64,000 bases of DNA from an uncultured Candidatus Saccharibacteria bacterium (GCA_964562615.1 CAZLUD010000002.1:17907-81906), one strand, 5' to 3'; numbered from the stretch's first letter, positions 48,129 to 59,396 are shown. Notes: generated from the letters alone by a model not told the origin. Numbers and translations: made by a program.

Positions 48129-49460
48129 TTATGATGAGAGAAGGGTGTCTATTCTGTTCATGTCCCTAGGAAATAGTGTTGCCTCTTTAGCGTTAGATAG
48201 GCCAAGAAACTTTTGGGTAAGTCGCTCTAGCCCCATACCCCACCCTCCATGAGGAGGCATGCCATATTTGAATGCTTGCAGATAAAACTCAAAGAGAGCA
48301 GGATCAAGTTTTTTTGCTTTAAGTTTTTCTATGTACTCATCGTAGACATGGATGCGCTGTCCGCCAGTGGTTATTTCTACCCCTCTAAAGAGTAGGTCAA
48401 AGCTTTTGGTATATCCTGGGTCTTCTTTGTCCTCGTGGGTATAGAATGGCCTTTTTGATATAGGGTAATGCGTGACAAACACATAGTCAGAATCAAGGTG
48501 TTCATTCGCATACTCGCAAAGCCATCGCTCATCTTCAGGATTTAGGTCAGGTTCGTCTAGGGTATCTCTACCTGTTTTTTCCTTGATGAGTGCTTGTGCT
48601 TCTTTAAGCTTCATGACGGGGAATGTCTCTGGTGCCTTTGGAAAGGTTGCCCCAAGAGTAGCAAATGCGTCCGCGCAGGTAGTTTTTAGGTGCGCAATAA
48701 TATGGTGCATGAGTTTAGTTTCTAGTCTCATGATGTCCTCGTGGCTCTTGATAAAGCCCATTTCAATATCAAGCGAGGTGTACTCATTAAGGTGTCGTGA
48801 GGTGCTGTGTTTTTCTGCTCGAAACACATTACCAATAGCAAATACTCGCTCAAATACGCCAACCATTATTTGCTTATAGAGCTGTGGGCTCGTAGCAAGA
48901 AACGCATCTTGCCCTTTGAAGTATTCAAGCTTGAATACGTTACCTCCTCCTTCTGCGTCACCACCGACAATTTTAGGTGCCATAAATTCGGTAAATCCTT
49001 CCGCGGTAAGAAATTCTCGGTAGGCACGTATTATTTCGTGCTGCACTTTAAAAATAGCTCGCTCACGTGGTCTTCGTAGGGTAAGTGGTCTTGTGTCAAA
49101 GAGTGTATCAAGGTTAAGTTCCGCGTTAGCGTCAAATGGTAGTTCACGCGCACTTCCTAGTACGTGAAGGTGAGTAATTTCAAGCTCGATGTCACCATTA
49201 GCTTGGCTAGCAACAACCATTTTATCTGGTCGCTTATTAACGATGCCTTTCATTTCTACCACCCATTGTTCTTTAACCATCGCTGCGCTTTCAGCAACTC
49301 CTTCATGGGATGGAAGGATGACTGCTTGCACCTCGCCTGATCTGTCATGAATATCAAAAAATACCAGCTTGCCGTGATCTCTGCGAACAAGTATTGATCC
49401 TTGTACAAATACTTCTTTACCGAGGTGAGCGTGCAATTCGCTTAGTAGTGTTCGTTCCAT
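48129..49460 (-). CDS. aspS: Aspartate--tRNA(Asp/Asn) ligase, short archaeal-type
   Basis: SPQLYKQ, FRAE..RHLNEY, GMPPHGG.G.GLER; no GAD insert. Confidence 0.92.
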   Translation of the reverse strand: MERTLLSELHAHLGKEVFVQGSILVRRDHGKLVFFDIHDRSGEVQAVILPSHEGVAESAAMVKEQWVVEMKGIVNKRPDKMVVASQANGDIELEITHLHVLGSARELPFDANAELNLDTLFDTRPLTLRRPRERAIFKVQHEIIRAYREFLTAEGFTEFMAPKIVGGDAEGGGNVFKLEYFKGQDAFLATSPQLYKQIMVGVFERVFAIGNVFRAEKHSTSRHLNEYTSLDIEMGFIKSHEDIMRLETKLMHHIIAHLKTTCADAFATLGATFPKAPETFPVMKLKEAQALIKEKTGRDTLDEPDLNPEDERWLCEYANEHLDSDYVFVTHYPISKRPFYTHEDKEDPGYTKSFDLLFRGVEITTGGQRIHVYDEYIEKLKAKKLDPALFEFYLQAFKYGMPPHGGWGMGLERLTQKFLGLSNAKEATLFPRDMNRIDTLLSS

Positions 49461-49470
49461 AGAGTGAGTG

Positions 49471-50502
49471 TTATAGATGTAGTGATAACGCTGTTTTAAC
49501 TTCTGTAAGTGTTTCTGATGCTATTGACCGTACCTTTTCATTGCCCTCCTTAAGAATAGTGTGGATAATATCGGGGTTAGTACGGTAGTAGGTGTGGCGC
49601 TCTCGTATTGGCTCAAGGAATCTATTCATTACGTCTACGAGATAGCGTTTAACCTCAACATCTCCCACCTTACCTTCTTTGTACCGATCTTTAAAGTCAT
49701 CAATGATAGTTTTGTCCTCTGCGGTACTAAAGGTGTCTAGATATATAAATACAGGGTTGCCATCTACCGTGCCTTTGTCAGTGGCTTTAATCCTCGTAGG
49801 ATCGGTATACATAGTCATAACTTTTTTCTCAACCTCTTCTTTTGATTCTGACAAAAATATAGTGTTGCCGAGTGACTTGCTCATTTTTGGATTGCCATCG
49901 GTACCAATGAGTTTTCCTACTCTGCCAATTTTTGCCATTGGTTCAGGAAAAATTTCTTTTTTACACACGACATTGAGTGCGCGAGCAATTTCTCTGGCTT
50001 GTTCAAGGTGCGCCTCTTGATCTATGCCGACTGGTACTAATTCTCCTTTGACGGCAAGAATATCTGCCGCTTGATACATAGGATAATTGACAAAGCCAAG
50101 TGAAAACTGCTCTCCAAGACCTTTCATTACTATTTCGTCTTTGATGGTTGGATTCCTAAGTGCGGTAGCGTGAGATACATACATTGAAAAAAGTGCGGAG
50201 AGTTCGTATATCTCAGGAATAGCTGATTCTACAAAGATGGTTGCCTTTTCGGGCATAAGGCCAGCAGCAAGATTGTCTATTGCGACATGGGTAGTGTATT
50301 CACCGATGGATGAAGGGTCCTTGGATAGAGTGGTAAATGCATGAAGGTCAGCAATGACGATAAATGTCTCATAGTCATGCTGCAAAGATGCCCTGTTTTC
50401 AAGCGTTCCTACATAGTGGCCTAGATGAAGTTTGCCCGTCGGAGTGTCCCCGGTGAGTATTCTACTCCCCTTTTTAGGCATGGTGTCGATATCGCGTTCC
50501 AT
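49471..50502 (-). CDS. trpS: Tryptophan--tRNA ligase
   Basis: TGKLHLGHY, YPMYQAADIL, KMSKS. Confidence 0.96.
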   Translation of the reverse strand: MERDIDTMPKKGSRILTGDTPTGKLHLGHYVGTLENRASLQHDYETFIVIADLHAFTTLSKDPSSIGEYTTHVAIDNLAAGLMPEKATIFVESAIPEIYELSALFSMYVSHATALRNPTIKDEIVMKGLGEQFSLGFVNYPMYQAADILAVKGELVPVGIDQEAHLEQAREIARALNVVCKKEIFPEPMAKIGRVGKLIGTDGNPKMSKSLGNTIFLSESKEEVEKKVMTMYTDPTRIKATDKGTVDGNPVFIYLDTFSTAEDKTIIDDFKDRYKEGKVGDVEVKRYLVDVMNRFLEPIRERHTYYRTNPDIIHTILKEGNEKVRSIASETLTEVKTALSLHL

Positions 50503-50586
50503 ATACCTATACTATCAAAATCCAGCTTTTTTTCCATGAATATAAAAGTTTTTGGAGCCGGCGCGCACGCGCCGGCTCCAAGTGTC

Positions 50587-51285
50587 CTATGTGTTATTCT
50601 CTACCCAATCAAATATTTCTTCTTGAAGAATGTCGTTATCTGTATGGCAAGGCATGTGCCCTGCACCTTTGACAGAGATTAGGTCGCAGTTGACACCTTG
50701 TCGTAGTAACTGTTCTGCCATTCTTTGTTGGGTACTTGTTCGTACCCACCTATCCTTTTCGCCTACGACTACTAATATTGGTACTCTTCCAAGTGCTTTG
50801 AACCTAACCTGTGGTCCCGCGTTAAAGAGTAGGTCGCGACACTCCTTTCCTGATATGGGAAGCCTGGCATCTATTTGACGCCTTCTTTCCTGCACCTCGA
50901 GTTCTCGCAATGCTACTCTGAAGTAATCTAGCTCACTGACATCAAATAATTCCCCCATATAAATTGGCCACAAATATTTCATCATCACTGCACTGCATGT
51001 TAGGGTTTGTGGAAACATCGTAAACGGAGCCGGGGAAATTGCAATTATCCCCTTTACCTTTTTTGGCAACTGAGACGCTGCTACTATGCAAGCCTTAGCG
51101 CCGGCGCTTGTGCCAACTAGTAGCGACTTCTCACGTTGTTGTTGAAGAGATTCAACAACCTTATTTACTCTATCTTCAAACCCCCATCCATGGTGAGGGG
51201 TAGTACAAATTACCTCGCTGTATCCAAAATACTTGGGCAGTGCCGCCCTGCTCTGCCCAATCCCACCGACACCAATGATAGCCAT
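50587..51285 (-). CDS. Divergent alpha/beta hydrolase
   Basis: GTSAG nucleophile elbow, GEKD, GAGH; AAGGGAG SD before ATG 51285. Confidence 0.75.
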   Translation of the reverse strand: MAIIGVGGIGQSRAALPKYFGYSEVICTTPHHGWGFEDRVNKVVESLQQQREKSLLVGTSAGAKACIVAASQLPKKVKGIIAISPAPFTMFPQTLTCSAVMMKYLWPIYMGELFDVSELDYFRVALRELEVQERRRQIDARLPISGKECRDLLFNAGPQVRFKALGRVPILVVVGEKDRWVRTSTQQRMAEQLLRQGVNCDLISVKGAGHMPCHTDNDILQEEIFDWVENNT

Positions 51286-51366
51286 TTTGTATCTCCCTTG
51301 GGCTCTCCACCATGAAGAACCGCCTGAAGCGTTATATAACAAAAATGATTATGTGTAAATACCTTA

Positions 51367-53019
51367 CTATGGCAAGGTAGTAAGCTCTATGTGAAAAATA
51401 GATCCTTTATTTCTTCCTTCTGATTCGACCCAAATTACCCCACTGTGTGCTTGTACCATTTCTTTTGCGACGTATAGTCCTAACCCTGTGCCGTGCACAT
51501 TTGTAGTGTTTGCGTTATCTGCGCGTTGAAACTTTGCAAAAAGTTGCCACTGATCTTCTTTTGAAATACCAATACCAGAATCTTTGATATCAAGATGGAG
51601 CACTGGTCGATTTGCCTCACGAGAGAGGCGTACTTCAACAAATCCCTTCTCGGTATATTTGAGTGCGTTATCAATTAAGTTTGATACTACTTGTCGAAGT
51701 TTTCCTTCATCACCATGTATCATAAATCCTCGTGGATGTGTTACCACAATAAATCTAAAATCAACGCCTTTAGCCTTAGCGACTCGTGCCATGTTTTCAA
51801 TCACCTTTTCTGTGGTTTTATGAAAATCAAAGTCACTCATTTGGAATTTCATTCTCCCTTGTTCAATACGAGAAATATTGAGAAAATCCTCTACCATGTC
51901 TGCCATTGCCTTTCCTGATTCAGCAATACGCTCCATAGCTTCACGTATTGATGGCGGCACCTTACCAAACGAACCATCAAGAATAAGTGACGCGTACCCA
52001 CGGATTGCGGCAGTAGGCGCACGAAGCTGGTGTGATGCTACAGAGACAAATTCTGTCTTCTGTTTATCAAGGACAGTAAGCCTTCTGTTTGCCTCCTCGA
52101 GCTTATCAAGTGTTTGCTGCAGTTCTTCCCTTGTGTGTATTTCTTTTTTAACGCTTTGGATAATGAATACACCAAGACCAATTGATGCAAATAACGAGAC
52201 GATGTTAATAACTTGCTCAGTAGTGTTTTGCGAAGCAAACAATCTGAACATAAACAAAAGCCAAATACCAAAAGTGAGTAGCTCTGTTGCAACGATTTTT
52301 ATATCAAACAGTTTATGTCGAACTATCGCGTAAAAAATAAAGCCAACAAATAGAATGGTTGAGGCATTGCCAAACCAGTTAAGAGCAAATATCCCATACC
52401 AAGGAAGTATAAGATTGGTGATGAGACTTACTCCCGAGGCGGTAAAGGTACCAACAAAAAGAAACAATGATTGAATACGCATTGTTCTATCAGGATGCGT
52501 AATAAACTGTCGGAGCAAGAGATAAAAACCCCACCCAAAACCAATTAAAAAGTATGTGACATACATGGCATAAAAATCACCAAAAATGATGATTTTTTCG
52601 CCTTGCGGAGGAATAACGATATCGGTGACAAAGTAGCCAGTAAAATACGAGACATAGCCAATCGCAACAGCGAATAATACGGCTAACGAACGAACGCTCC
52701 TATGCGTAAAGATGGAGCGCGGCATGCCGCTATAGATGTAGGCAAATACTACAAATAATGCAGGAATAGTAACCGGAACAAGGTATAGTAGCTTTAAGGC
52801 AAGTAGTGCATCCTCATATACCGCAGTTGAGCGGTAGTAGATTATGACAAATGTCCACGCAGACACACATACTGCAAGCACACAAAATGCGGTGTACAAC
52901 GAACGCATCTTTCCTTTGTTGAAAAATACCACCGTGCCAAATATCATATTGATAATAGCAACCGCAAGTAGTATTGCGTTCGTTAATGCAAAAAATGGAT
53001 CAGTACCAAATGGTATCAT
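51367..53019 (-). CDS. Sensor histidine kinase with multi-TM (HisKA_7TM-like) N-terminus
   Basis: SHQLRAP H-box, NLIDNALKYT, DSGIG, GTGLGL; about 9 hydrophobic segments. Confidence 0.92.
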   Translation of the reverse strand: MIPFGTDPFFALTNAILLAVAIINMIFGTVVFFNKGKMRSLYTAFCVLAVCVSAWTFVIIYYRSTAVYEDALLALKLLYLVPVTIPALFVVFAYIYSGMPRSIFTHRSVRSLAVLFAVAIGYVSYFTGYFVTDIVIPPQGEKIIIFGDFYAMYVTYFLIGFGWGFYLLLRQFITHPDRTMRIQSLFLFVGTFTASGVSLITNLILPWYGIFALNWFGNASTILFVGFIFYAIVRHKLFDIKIVATELLTFGIWLLFMFRLFASQNTTEQVINIVSLFASIGLGVFIIQSVKKEIHTREELQQTLDKLEEANRRLTVLDKQKTEFVSVASHQLRAPTAAIRGYASLILDGSFGKVPPSIREAMERIAESGKAMADMVEDFLNISRIEQGRMKFQMSDFDFHKTTEKVIENMARVAKAKGVDFRFIVVTHPRGFMIHGDEGKLRQVVSNLIDNALKYTEKGFVEVRLSREANRPVLHLDIKDSGIGISKEDQWQLFAKFQRADNANTTNVHGTGLGLYVAKEMVQAHSGVIWVESEGRNKGSIFHIELTTLP

Positions 53020-54152
53020 AGGTGAAGCGAACGCATGTGTTCGACATCACTATCACTATAAACCCTTTTGTTGTTCTGAAAAACTCCACTTTCAAAAGAA
53101 AACTGCGTAGCGACCTCTTTAAGCTCTTGTACGGTATCCATATCTATTTTTCTAAACTCACCAAGTGAGCTTCCACGCACGTGTGACATCTCATTAAGTA
53201 GCAATGCTTCTGCAAGACAACTGTAGATTGTTGAGGAATCTTTAAGTCCCATGTCAAAAGGGATTTTGACATGGGGAGTACGTACTGCTCCCCCTGAGAG
53301 TATGAGTAAGTCATCTCGCATCAGTAGTGCCTCATCTACATCAGATGGTTGCGCGTCATCAACAATAATAACTCCTGGTGCAACATGCTCACTCATAATG
53401 AGTGCCCCCTCTTTGCTGGTTGCGGTCACAATTACGTGTGAGCCTTTTACGTCATTAAGATTGTCGGAGATGGTAACGGAGGCTTTTTTGTTGTGTTCTT
53501 TTATATACGAGTGAATTTCTTCCATCCTCTCTTTCTTATTGGAAAGGTCAATAAGTATAAAATTGGTATACCCCCAGTAAGAAAGTATTTGTGCTACTGC
53601 AGAGCCTATTGATCCTGCGGCACCAACAATAGAAACAACTATTGTCTCTTTGTTGCGTGAGAGTGCGCTGACCCCTCGCTCGACCAGTGTTGCCACATTA
53701 AGTGAGGTAAAAAGTCTCCCGGTAGTTATTCGTGGGGTTGCGTCGGTAGCAGCAAGCAATGTACCGCCGTGGGTAAGTGAAGCAGTGAGCGCGCCGAGTC
53801 CAACTACTCGAGCACCACGCTTATGCGCATAGGCATACGCATCTTGTATATACCGAACTGCTCTCTTTCTATCGTCAAGCATCTGCTTTGCGGTAAGTGG
53901 TATAGAAAGCACGATACCTTCATTACGCTTCTCACCTACATGTATTGGTGCAACGCTGACCACCCAAAATCGCTTCATGAGTGCTCGTACAAGTGGGAGG
54001 GGAAGAAAACGAAGGAATGGAAATTTTTTAATGGTGTCCTCTTCGGTTCGTGGATGGACAATAAATGCTACGTGCACCTTACGTGATGGCGTGCTCCACG
54101 GAACAAGCTGATAGTATATATCTTGTAAAAGAAAATACAGCGATTTAGGCAT
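53016..54152 (-). CDS. COG5322-like NAD(P)-dependent reductase (acyl-ACP reductase-like)
   Basis: AFIVHP, GLGALT, ITTG, Rossmann VGAAGSIG, YSCLAEA. Confidence 0.7.
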   Translation of the reverse strand: MPKSLYFLLQDIYYQLVPWSTPSRKVHVAFIVHPRTEEDTIKKFPFLRFLPLPLVRALMKRFWVVSVAPIHVGEKRNEGIVLSIPLTAKQMLDDRKRAVRYIQDAYAYAHKRGARVVGLGALTASLTHGGTLLAATDATPRITTGRLFTSLNVATLVERGVSALSRNKETIVVSIVGAAGSIGSAVAQILSYWGYTNFILIDLSNKKERMEEIHSYIKEHNKKASVTISDNLNDVKGSHVIVTATSKEGALIMSEHVAPGVIIVDDAQPSDVDEALLMRDDLLILSGGAVRTPHVKIPFDMGLKDSSTIYSCLAEALLLNEMSHVRGSSLGEFRKIDMDTVQELKEVATQFSFESGVFQNNKRVYSDSDVEHMRSLHL

Positions 54153-54894
54153 GCTGGTTGTGGTTATATAGCGCACGCGATACATCACTATGCGCCATGC
54201 TGGTACTGGTAATGGTGTATTTGAGTGATTTAATTTTTTCTCCAAGTACTATAGCCGCGTTTTTGTAGTCATCTAGTAAAGGAAATTCTGGCAACTGCTC
54301 GTGGTAATAGATAGGATCACCAAATACGACCTTGAGTGTTAGACGCGCTTTAAAAAAAGAAGAAAATGACGCGTGATAACATTCAGATATATATACTGGC
54401 ACCACCGGTACCTGTAGATAATGAGAAAGAAATACTACTCCTCCGCGAGGCTTTTTTGGTTCTGGGTCAGTTAATTTTTCAATACCGAATGGAAAAATAG
54501 TAATACTCTCTCGTGTTTTACCTATAGTAATAAAATTTCTGAGTGAATAAACATAGTCTTGCTTACCAGGATATGCGGGATATGCACCCCAGATATTAAA
54601 AAAGGTATCTCCATATAGATACCCTTTCCATCCTTTCCAATCGTAAATCTTTTGTTCGCGCGCTACATAAAACATAGGAGCAAATCGCGAGAACCATGGT
54701 AGCGCCGCTCTGATGGCTATCGGGTCCAAGTGACTCGTGTGGTTGATAGCAAAAATAACTCCTTTGGGTAAACGGGATATTTTTTTATAGCCAAACACCT
54801 CAAAATCACACAAAATCCAAAATAGTACTCGGGCGATTGGCCACGCAATAGTTTGTAATAATAACGGAAGTATTGATCTAAAATTTATCTGCAT
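54145..54894 (-). CDS. PlsC-like glycerolipid acyltransferase
   Basis: NHTSHLD (HX4D), FPFG (variant of FPEG), VPVVPV. Confidence 0.8.
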   Translation of the reverse strand: MQINFRSILPLLLQTIAWPIARVLFWILCDFEVFGYKKISRLPKGVIFAINHTSHLDPIAIRAALPWFSRFAPMFYVAREQKIYDWKGWKGYLYGDTFFNIWGAYPAYPGKQDYVYSLRNFITIGKTRESITIFPFGIEKLTDPEPKKPRGGVVFLSHYLQVPVVPVYISECYHASFSSFFKARLTLKVVFGDPIYYHEQLPEFPLLDDYKNAAIVLGEKIKSLKYTITSTSMAHSDVSRALYNHNQHA

Positions 54895-55382
54895 AATTTT
54901 AAACAGAGTACGGGAATTATCATCCATAGGACGCTCTGGATACTACCAACAAATAGTGTTTGCATCGACTCACTAAAGGTAAACAGGGATTGAAATGTTG
55001 TTGCGGTGAGAAGTAGAGAGAAAAGTAACCCGGTTGAAAGTATTCCAAGAATAATTATCTCAAACCACTTTTTGGGACCACTGCCATGATAAAACGACCC
55101 AATTACCGATCGAATTGGTAGATAGATAAGCACGATAAGGGTGATAAAGACAAGCACACTCACGTGGTGGTGAGTAAGGTATGGTGAAAGAAGAGTGGCT
55201 ACTAACGGTGTAAGCAGTGCGCTTGGGTACATGGCAATAATCACCGCAAAAAGTGCTTGCTTACCTTTCCATACAGCGATAGCAACCATAAGAGTAACCA
55301 GCGCTACGGCAAGTAATATATCCTTAGGCACTTCTAGAAAGTGCTCGGTAATCATGGATACGTATGTGGTTGCGGTTTGCAT
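54885..55382 (-). CDS. Hypothetical multi-pass membrane protein
   Basis: About 5 hydrophobic segments. Confidence 0.65.
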   Translation of the reverse strand: MQTATTYVSMITEHFLEVPKDILLAVALVTLMVAIAVWKGKQALFAVIIAMYPSALLTPLVATLLSPYLTHHHVSVLVFITLIVLIYLPIRSVIGSFYHGSGPKKWFEIIILGILSTGLLFSLLLTATTFQSLFTFSESMQTLFVGSIQSVLWMIIPVLCLKLCR

Positions 55383-55405
55383 GAAGTGTGCGCTTTTGCA
55401 CTACA

Positions 55406-56470
55406 CTATATCCCCTCTTTCTTTAGCTCTTCAATAAGTGCTCGTGATTTTCGGGAAAGCTTTTCAGGAATACCGATTTTAATCCTTAACAATAAGTCAC
55501 CTCGTTTTGATGCTGAAAGCACTACTCCTTTACCTTTAACTCGTAACAGCTCATTAAAGGAGACGCCTGGCGGTATCTTCACGGCAATATTACCATCAAG
55601 TGTCTCAACTGTATATGTCGCGCCAGTAATTGCGTCGGTAAGCTTTACATTTAGGTCCTTTATGATGTGTGCGCCCTCCTTTTTGTACTCTGCATCTTGT
55701 TTTACATGTATTTTTACATACAAATCACCAGGAGTACCCGCCTTTATTGCCTCGCCAAATCCAGACATTCGTATCATCTCACCATCATTTATTCCTGCAG
55801 GAACATGGATATCAATTTTTTCTTGTTTATAGAGCACCCCTTCTCCTTTACATGCCTCACACGCATGTTCAGGTTTTGTTCCTCTACCCGCGCAAGCGCT
55901 ACATGGTCTTGTTGCAGAAAACACACCAAACATGGTGTTCTTTGATTCGTGGATAACACCCGCGCCTGAACATGTCGTACAAGCTATCATTGCTGAACCA
56001 GTTTTTGCGCCTGATCCACTACAGGTAGTACATGTTGATGTTTTAGAGAGGGTTACTGATCTGGTGACACCAAATACTGATTCTTTGAATGACACCTCGA
56101 TATCAACCGATACATCACTTCCTCGTGATTGTCTGCGTTTACCTCCACCAAAGAAATCTCCAAAAATATCTCCTAAGTCAAACTCAACCGACCCATTCTG
56201 AAATCCAGAAAAATCAAATCCGTCAAAGCCTTGATTGTTGTTACCTTGTGCGCTATTACCACCAAATACCCTGCCGTAGGCATTGTATTCAGCTCGCCTT
56301 TTTTCATCTGAGAGGACCGAGTACGCCTCACTTATTTCTTTAAATTTTTTTTCGTCCCCGGTCTGCTTATCAGGGTGATATTTTTGAGCCAATTTTCTAA
56401 ATGCCTTTTTTATCTCCTCTTGGGTGGCATTCTTTTCTACTTCAAGAATTTTGTAATAGTCTTTTTTCAT
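55406..56470 (-). CDS. dnaJ: Chaperone DnaJ
   Basis: J-domain HPD, G/F region, four CxxCxGxG repeats. Confidence 0.98.
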   Translation of the reverse strand: MKKDYYKILEVEKNATQEEIKKAFRKLAQKYHPDKQTGDEKKFKEISEAYSVLSDEKRRAEYNAYGRVFGGNSAQGNNNQGFDGFDFSGFQNGSVEFDLGDIFGDFFGGGKRRQSRGSDVSVDIEVSFKESVFGVTRSVTLSKTSTCTTCSGSGAKTGSAMIACTTCSGAGVIHESKNTMFGVFSATRPCSACAGRGTKPEHACEACKGEGVLYKQEKIDIHVPAGINDGEMIRMSGFGEAIKAGTPGDLYVKIHVKQDAEYKKEGAHIIKDLNVKLTDAITGATYTVETLDGNIAVKIPPGVSFNELLRVKGKGVVLSASKRGDLLLRIKIGIPEKLSRKSRALIEELKKEGI

Positions 56471-56471
56471 G

Positions 56472-58376
56472 TTACGAGGTTTGGTTTTTTCCATCCTCAG
56501 GTATGTCTGTTGCCTCAGCATCATGAACGGTACCATTTTCTGCTGGTTTCTCCTCGGCAGTATGTGGTGCGCTTTGTGCTGATTTCATTACTTCACCTAC
56601 TTTTTGTAGCTCATTGCTTAGTGTTGTAGTGCTATTTTTTATTGCTTCCATGTCGTTTTGAGAAAGCACGTCTCGTAGTGATGTAATGGCACCCTCTACC
56701 GCAGTCTTGGTATCAGCAGGGATAGCATCTTTGTGATCGGTAAGAGATTTTTGTGCGGTGTAGATAAGTTGCTCTGCAATGTTTTTTGCTTCAGCAAGGT
56801 CTTTCTTTTTCTTATCCTCGTCCGCATGACCTTCTGCGTCATCAGTCATTCGCTTGATATCAGCATCACTAAGTCCTGAGCTTGCTTCAATTCGAATAGT
56901 CTGTGTTTTGCCAGTCGTCTTGTCTTTTGCGGTAACATTGAGAATGCCGTTCGCATCAACATCAAATGCAACCTCAACCTGTGGCAGTCCGCGAGGTGCT
57001 GGTGGAATTCCTTCAAGGATAAATCGTCCGAGTGACTTGTTATCACTAGCCATCGCTCGTTCGCCTTGTACCACATGCACTTCGACACTAGTTTGGTTGT
57101 CTGCGGCGGTTGAAAATACTTGTGAGTTTTGTGTTGGTATGGTGGTGTTTCTGTTTATGATTTTTGTCGCTACACCACCCATGGTTTCGATGCCAAGAGA
57201 TAGCGGGATAACATCGAGTAGGAGAATATCTTTTACATCACCTTGAAGGATACCCGCCTGAATAGCAGCACCAAGAGCAACTACCTCATCCGGGTTAATG
57301 CTCTTGTTTGGTTCACGTCCAAAAAACTCTTTTACTGCCTCTTGTATCGCTGGCATTCGAGTTTGTCCACCAACAAGAATCACTTCATTAAGATCAGTTA
57401 CCTTAAATGGAGATGCCTCCATTGCTCGCTTTGTGATAGCAATGGCCTTATCGATATATGGTCGTGCAAGCGTCTCAAGGGTTGCCCTCGTCATGTTCAT
57501 GAGAAGGTGCTTTGGTCCATCCTCACCTGAGGTAATAAATGGAATATTGATTTCTGTTTGCTGTGTTGTTGAAAGCTCGTGCTTCGCCTTTTCTGCCGCC
57601 TCATCAAGTCGTTGTACTGCAAGCGGGTCTTTGAGTAGATCTACCCCCTGTGTTTTCTTAAATTCTGATGCAATCCATTCAACAATCTTTTGATCAATGT
57701 CGCGTCCACCCATAAAGGCGTCACCGTCCGTTGCCTTTACTTCAATAACATCATCTCCTACTTCCAAAATTGATACGTCGAATGTACCGCCGCCAAAGTC
57801 AAAGACAGCAATCTTTTCATCCTTCTTTTTATTAAAGCCATACGCAAGTGCCGCTGCAGTTGGTTCGTTGATGATTCGTTTTACTTCAAGGCCAGCGATT
57901 TTTCCTGCGTCCTTGGTAGCTTTTCGTTGTGCATCATCAAAGTATGCTGGTACGGTAATGATTGCTTCAGTTATTTTTTCTCCAAGCTTTGCTTCTGCAT
58001 CACTCTTTAGTTTTTGCAGTATCATTGCAGAGACTTCTTCAGGTCTGTACGTAGCGCCACTTAGTGTTACCTCTACACCACCGTCTGTCCCTGCCTTTAT
58101 TTCATACGGAAGCACGCCAGCGTTTTGAGTGACGATAGGATCATTAAAGCGGTGACCCATAAACCGTTTGATACCATAAATGGTGTTCTTTGGATTTGTT
58201 ACTGCTTGTCGACGCGCAACCACACCAACAAGGCGCTCTCCTGTCTTAGAAATGGCTGCGACAGAAGGAGTAGTTCTACTACCTTCGGTGTTTTCGATGA
58301 TAGCAGGCTCTGCGCCATCCATAATTGCCATTGCGCTATTTGTGGTGCCGAGATCAATTCCAAGTATTTTAGCCAT
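56472..58376 (-). CDS. dnaK: Chaperone DnaK
   Basis: [26 protein letters not shown]. Confidence 0.99.
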   Translation of the reverse strand: MAKILGIDLGTTNSAMAIMDGAEPAIIENTEGSRTTPSVAAISKTGERLVGVVARRQAVTNPKNTIYGIKRFMGHRFNDPIVTQNAGVLPYEIKAGTDGGVEVTLSGATYRPEEVSAMILQKLKSDAEAKLGEKITEAIITVPAYFDDAQRKATKDAGKIAGLEVKRIINEPTAAALAYGFNKKKDEKIAVFDFGGGTFDVSILEVGDDVIEVKATDGDAFMGGRDIDQKIVEWIASEFKKTQGVDLLKDPLAVQRLDEAAEKAKHELSTTQQTEINIPFITSGEDGPKHLLMNMTRATLETLARPYIDKAIAITKRAMEASPFKVTDLNEVILVGGQTRMPAIQEAVKEFFGREPNKSINPDEVVALGAAIQAGILQGDVKDILLLDVIPLSLGIETMGGVATKIINRNTTIPTQNSQVFSTAADNQTSVEVHVVQGERAMASDNKSLGRFILEGIPPAPRGLPQVEVAFDVDANGILNVTAKDKTTGKTQTIRIEASSGLSDADIKRMTDDAEGHADEDKKKKDLAEAKNIAEQLIYTAQKSLTDHKDAIPADTKTAVEGAITSLRDVLSQNDMEAIKNSTTTLSNELQKVGEVMKSAQSAPHTAEEKPAENGTVHDAEATDIPEDGKNQTS

Positions 58377-58386
58377 AGTAGTGGTA

Positions 58387-58929
58387 TTAACTGGTAACAA
58401 ATAAAATAACTTTAGCAGGTCGTATGAGTGTATGCTCGAGCTCTAATCCTTTTTGCATAACACTCGCAACAATATGATCTTCGCTAGGTGTCGAGGTGGG
58501 GGTAGTACCTACTGCTTCATGCCGGTGTGGGTCAAATGGTTCTCCGATAGGGTCTATAAGGGATACTCCGTACTGCGCTAATATTTTTAAAAATTGCCCT
58601 TGAACCTGTATGACGCCATCGCGTACCGCGTTCCCCTCGCCTGCCGACACGTCAATTTTAATTGCACTATCAAATGAGTCAAGAATGCTTGAGAGATCTC
58701 TTACGAGAGGAGTAATGGCAAGCTTTACTCGTCTGTCCGCATCCTCTTGCGCGGTGCGCTTGTAGTTTACCTGATCAGCGCGAGCTCGCTGCCATCCGAT
58801 AAGATGTTCGTCTCTTTCTTTCTGACATTGAAGTAATTTTTCACGCAACGACTTTACCGTATCACTGGTACCGAGTGAATCATCTTCAAAAATTAGGTCT
58901 TCTGACGTCTGTGATGTATCTTCTGACAT
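58387..58929 (-). CDS. grpE: Nucleotide exchange factor GrpE
   Basis: [23 protein letters not shown]. Confidence 0.95.
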   Translation of the reverse strand: MSEDTSQTSEDLIFEDDSLGTSDTVKSLREKLLQCQKERDEHLIGWQRARADQVNYKRTAQEDADRRVKLAITPLVRDLSSILDSFDSAIKIDVSAGEGNAVRDGVIQVQGQFLKILAQYGVSLIDPIGEPFDPHRHEAVGTTPTSTPSEDHIVASVMQKGLELEHTLIRPAKVILFVTS

Positions 58930-59001
58930 ACTACGTTTTTGTTACGAAAAAACTATACGTCTCGATAACGCCTGTGTCAAAACCAAGTGCGTATAGGAGA
59001 A

Positions 59002-59394
59002 TTAACGCTTGCTCCACTGAGGTGCCTTTCTTGCCTTCTTGAGACCGAATTTACGTCGCTCCTTTGTTCGAGGGTCTCGCTTGAGGAATCCAGCCTTCTT
59101 AAGTGGCGTTCTCAGTGCGCTCTGGTGCTCGCTGATAGCTCGTGAGATACCATGACGTATTGCCTCAGCTTGTGAAGCGCTACCGCCGCCGTTTACATGC
59201 GCAGAGACAGCAAATGTATTTACGCCCTCAACATGAAATGCTTCAGTAGCCACCTTTTGGAGGGTGCTTGTTTTGAAGTATTCAACTACAGGCTTGTCGT
59301 TAACAACAAGAGACTGTGTTTTTGCAGGCACAAGACGAACTCGTGCTACTGATGTCTTTCTTCGTCCAACTGTTTCGATGTATCTCTCTGACAT
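59002..59394 (-). CDS. rpsI: 30S ribosomal protein S9
   Basis: [21 protein letters not shown]. Confidence 0.98.
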   Translation of the reverse strand: MSERYIETVGRRKTSVARVRLVPAKTQSLVVNDKPVVEYFKTSTLQKVATEAFHVEGVNTFAVSAHVNGGGSASQAEAIRHGISRAISEHQSALRTPLKKAGFLKRDPRTKERRKFGLKKARKAPQWSKR

Positions 59395-59396
59395 AA

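Noticed and set aside
58930-58990. CIRCE element upstream of grpE-dnaK-dnaJ
   Set aside because: No TTAGCACTC-N9-GAGTGCTAA; only a sigma70 promoter (TTGACA-17-TATAGT)
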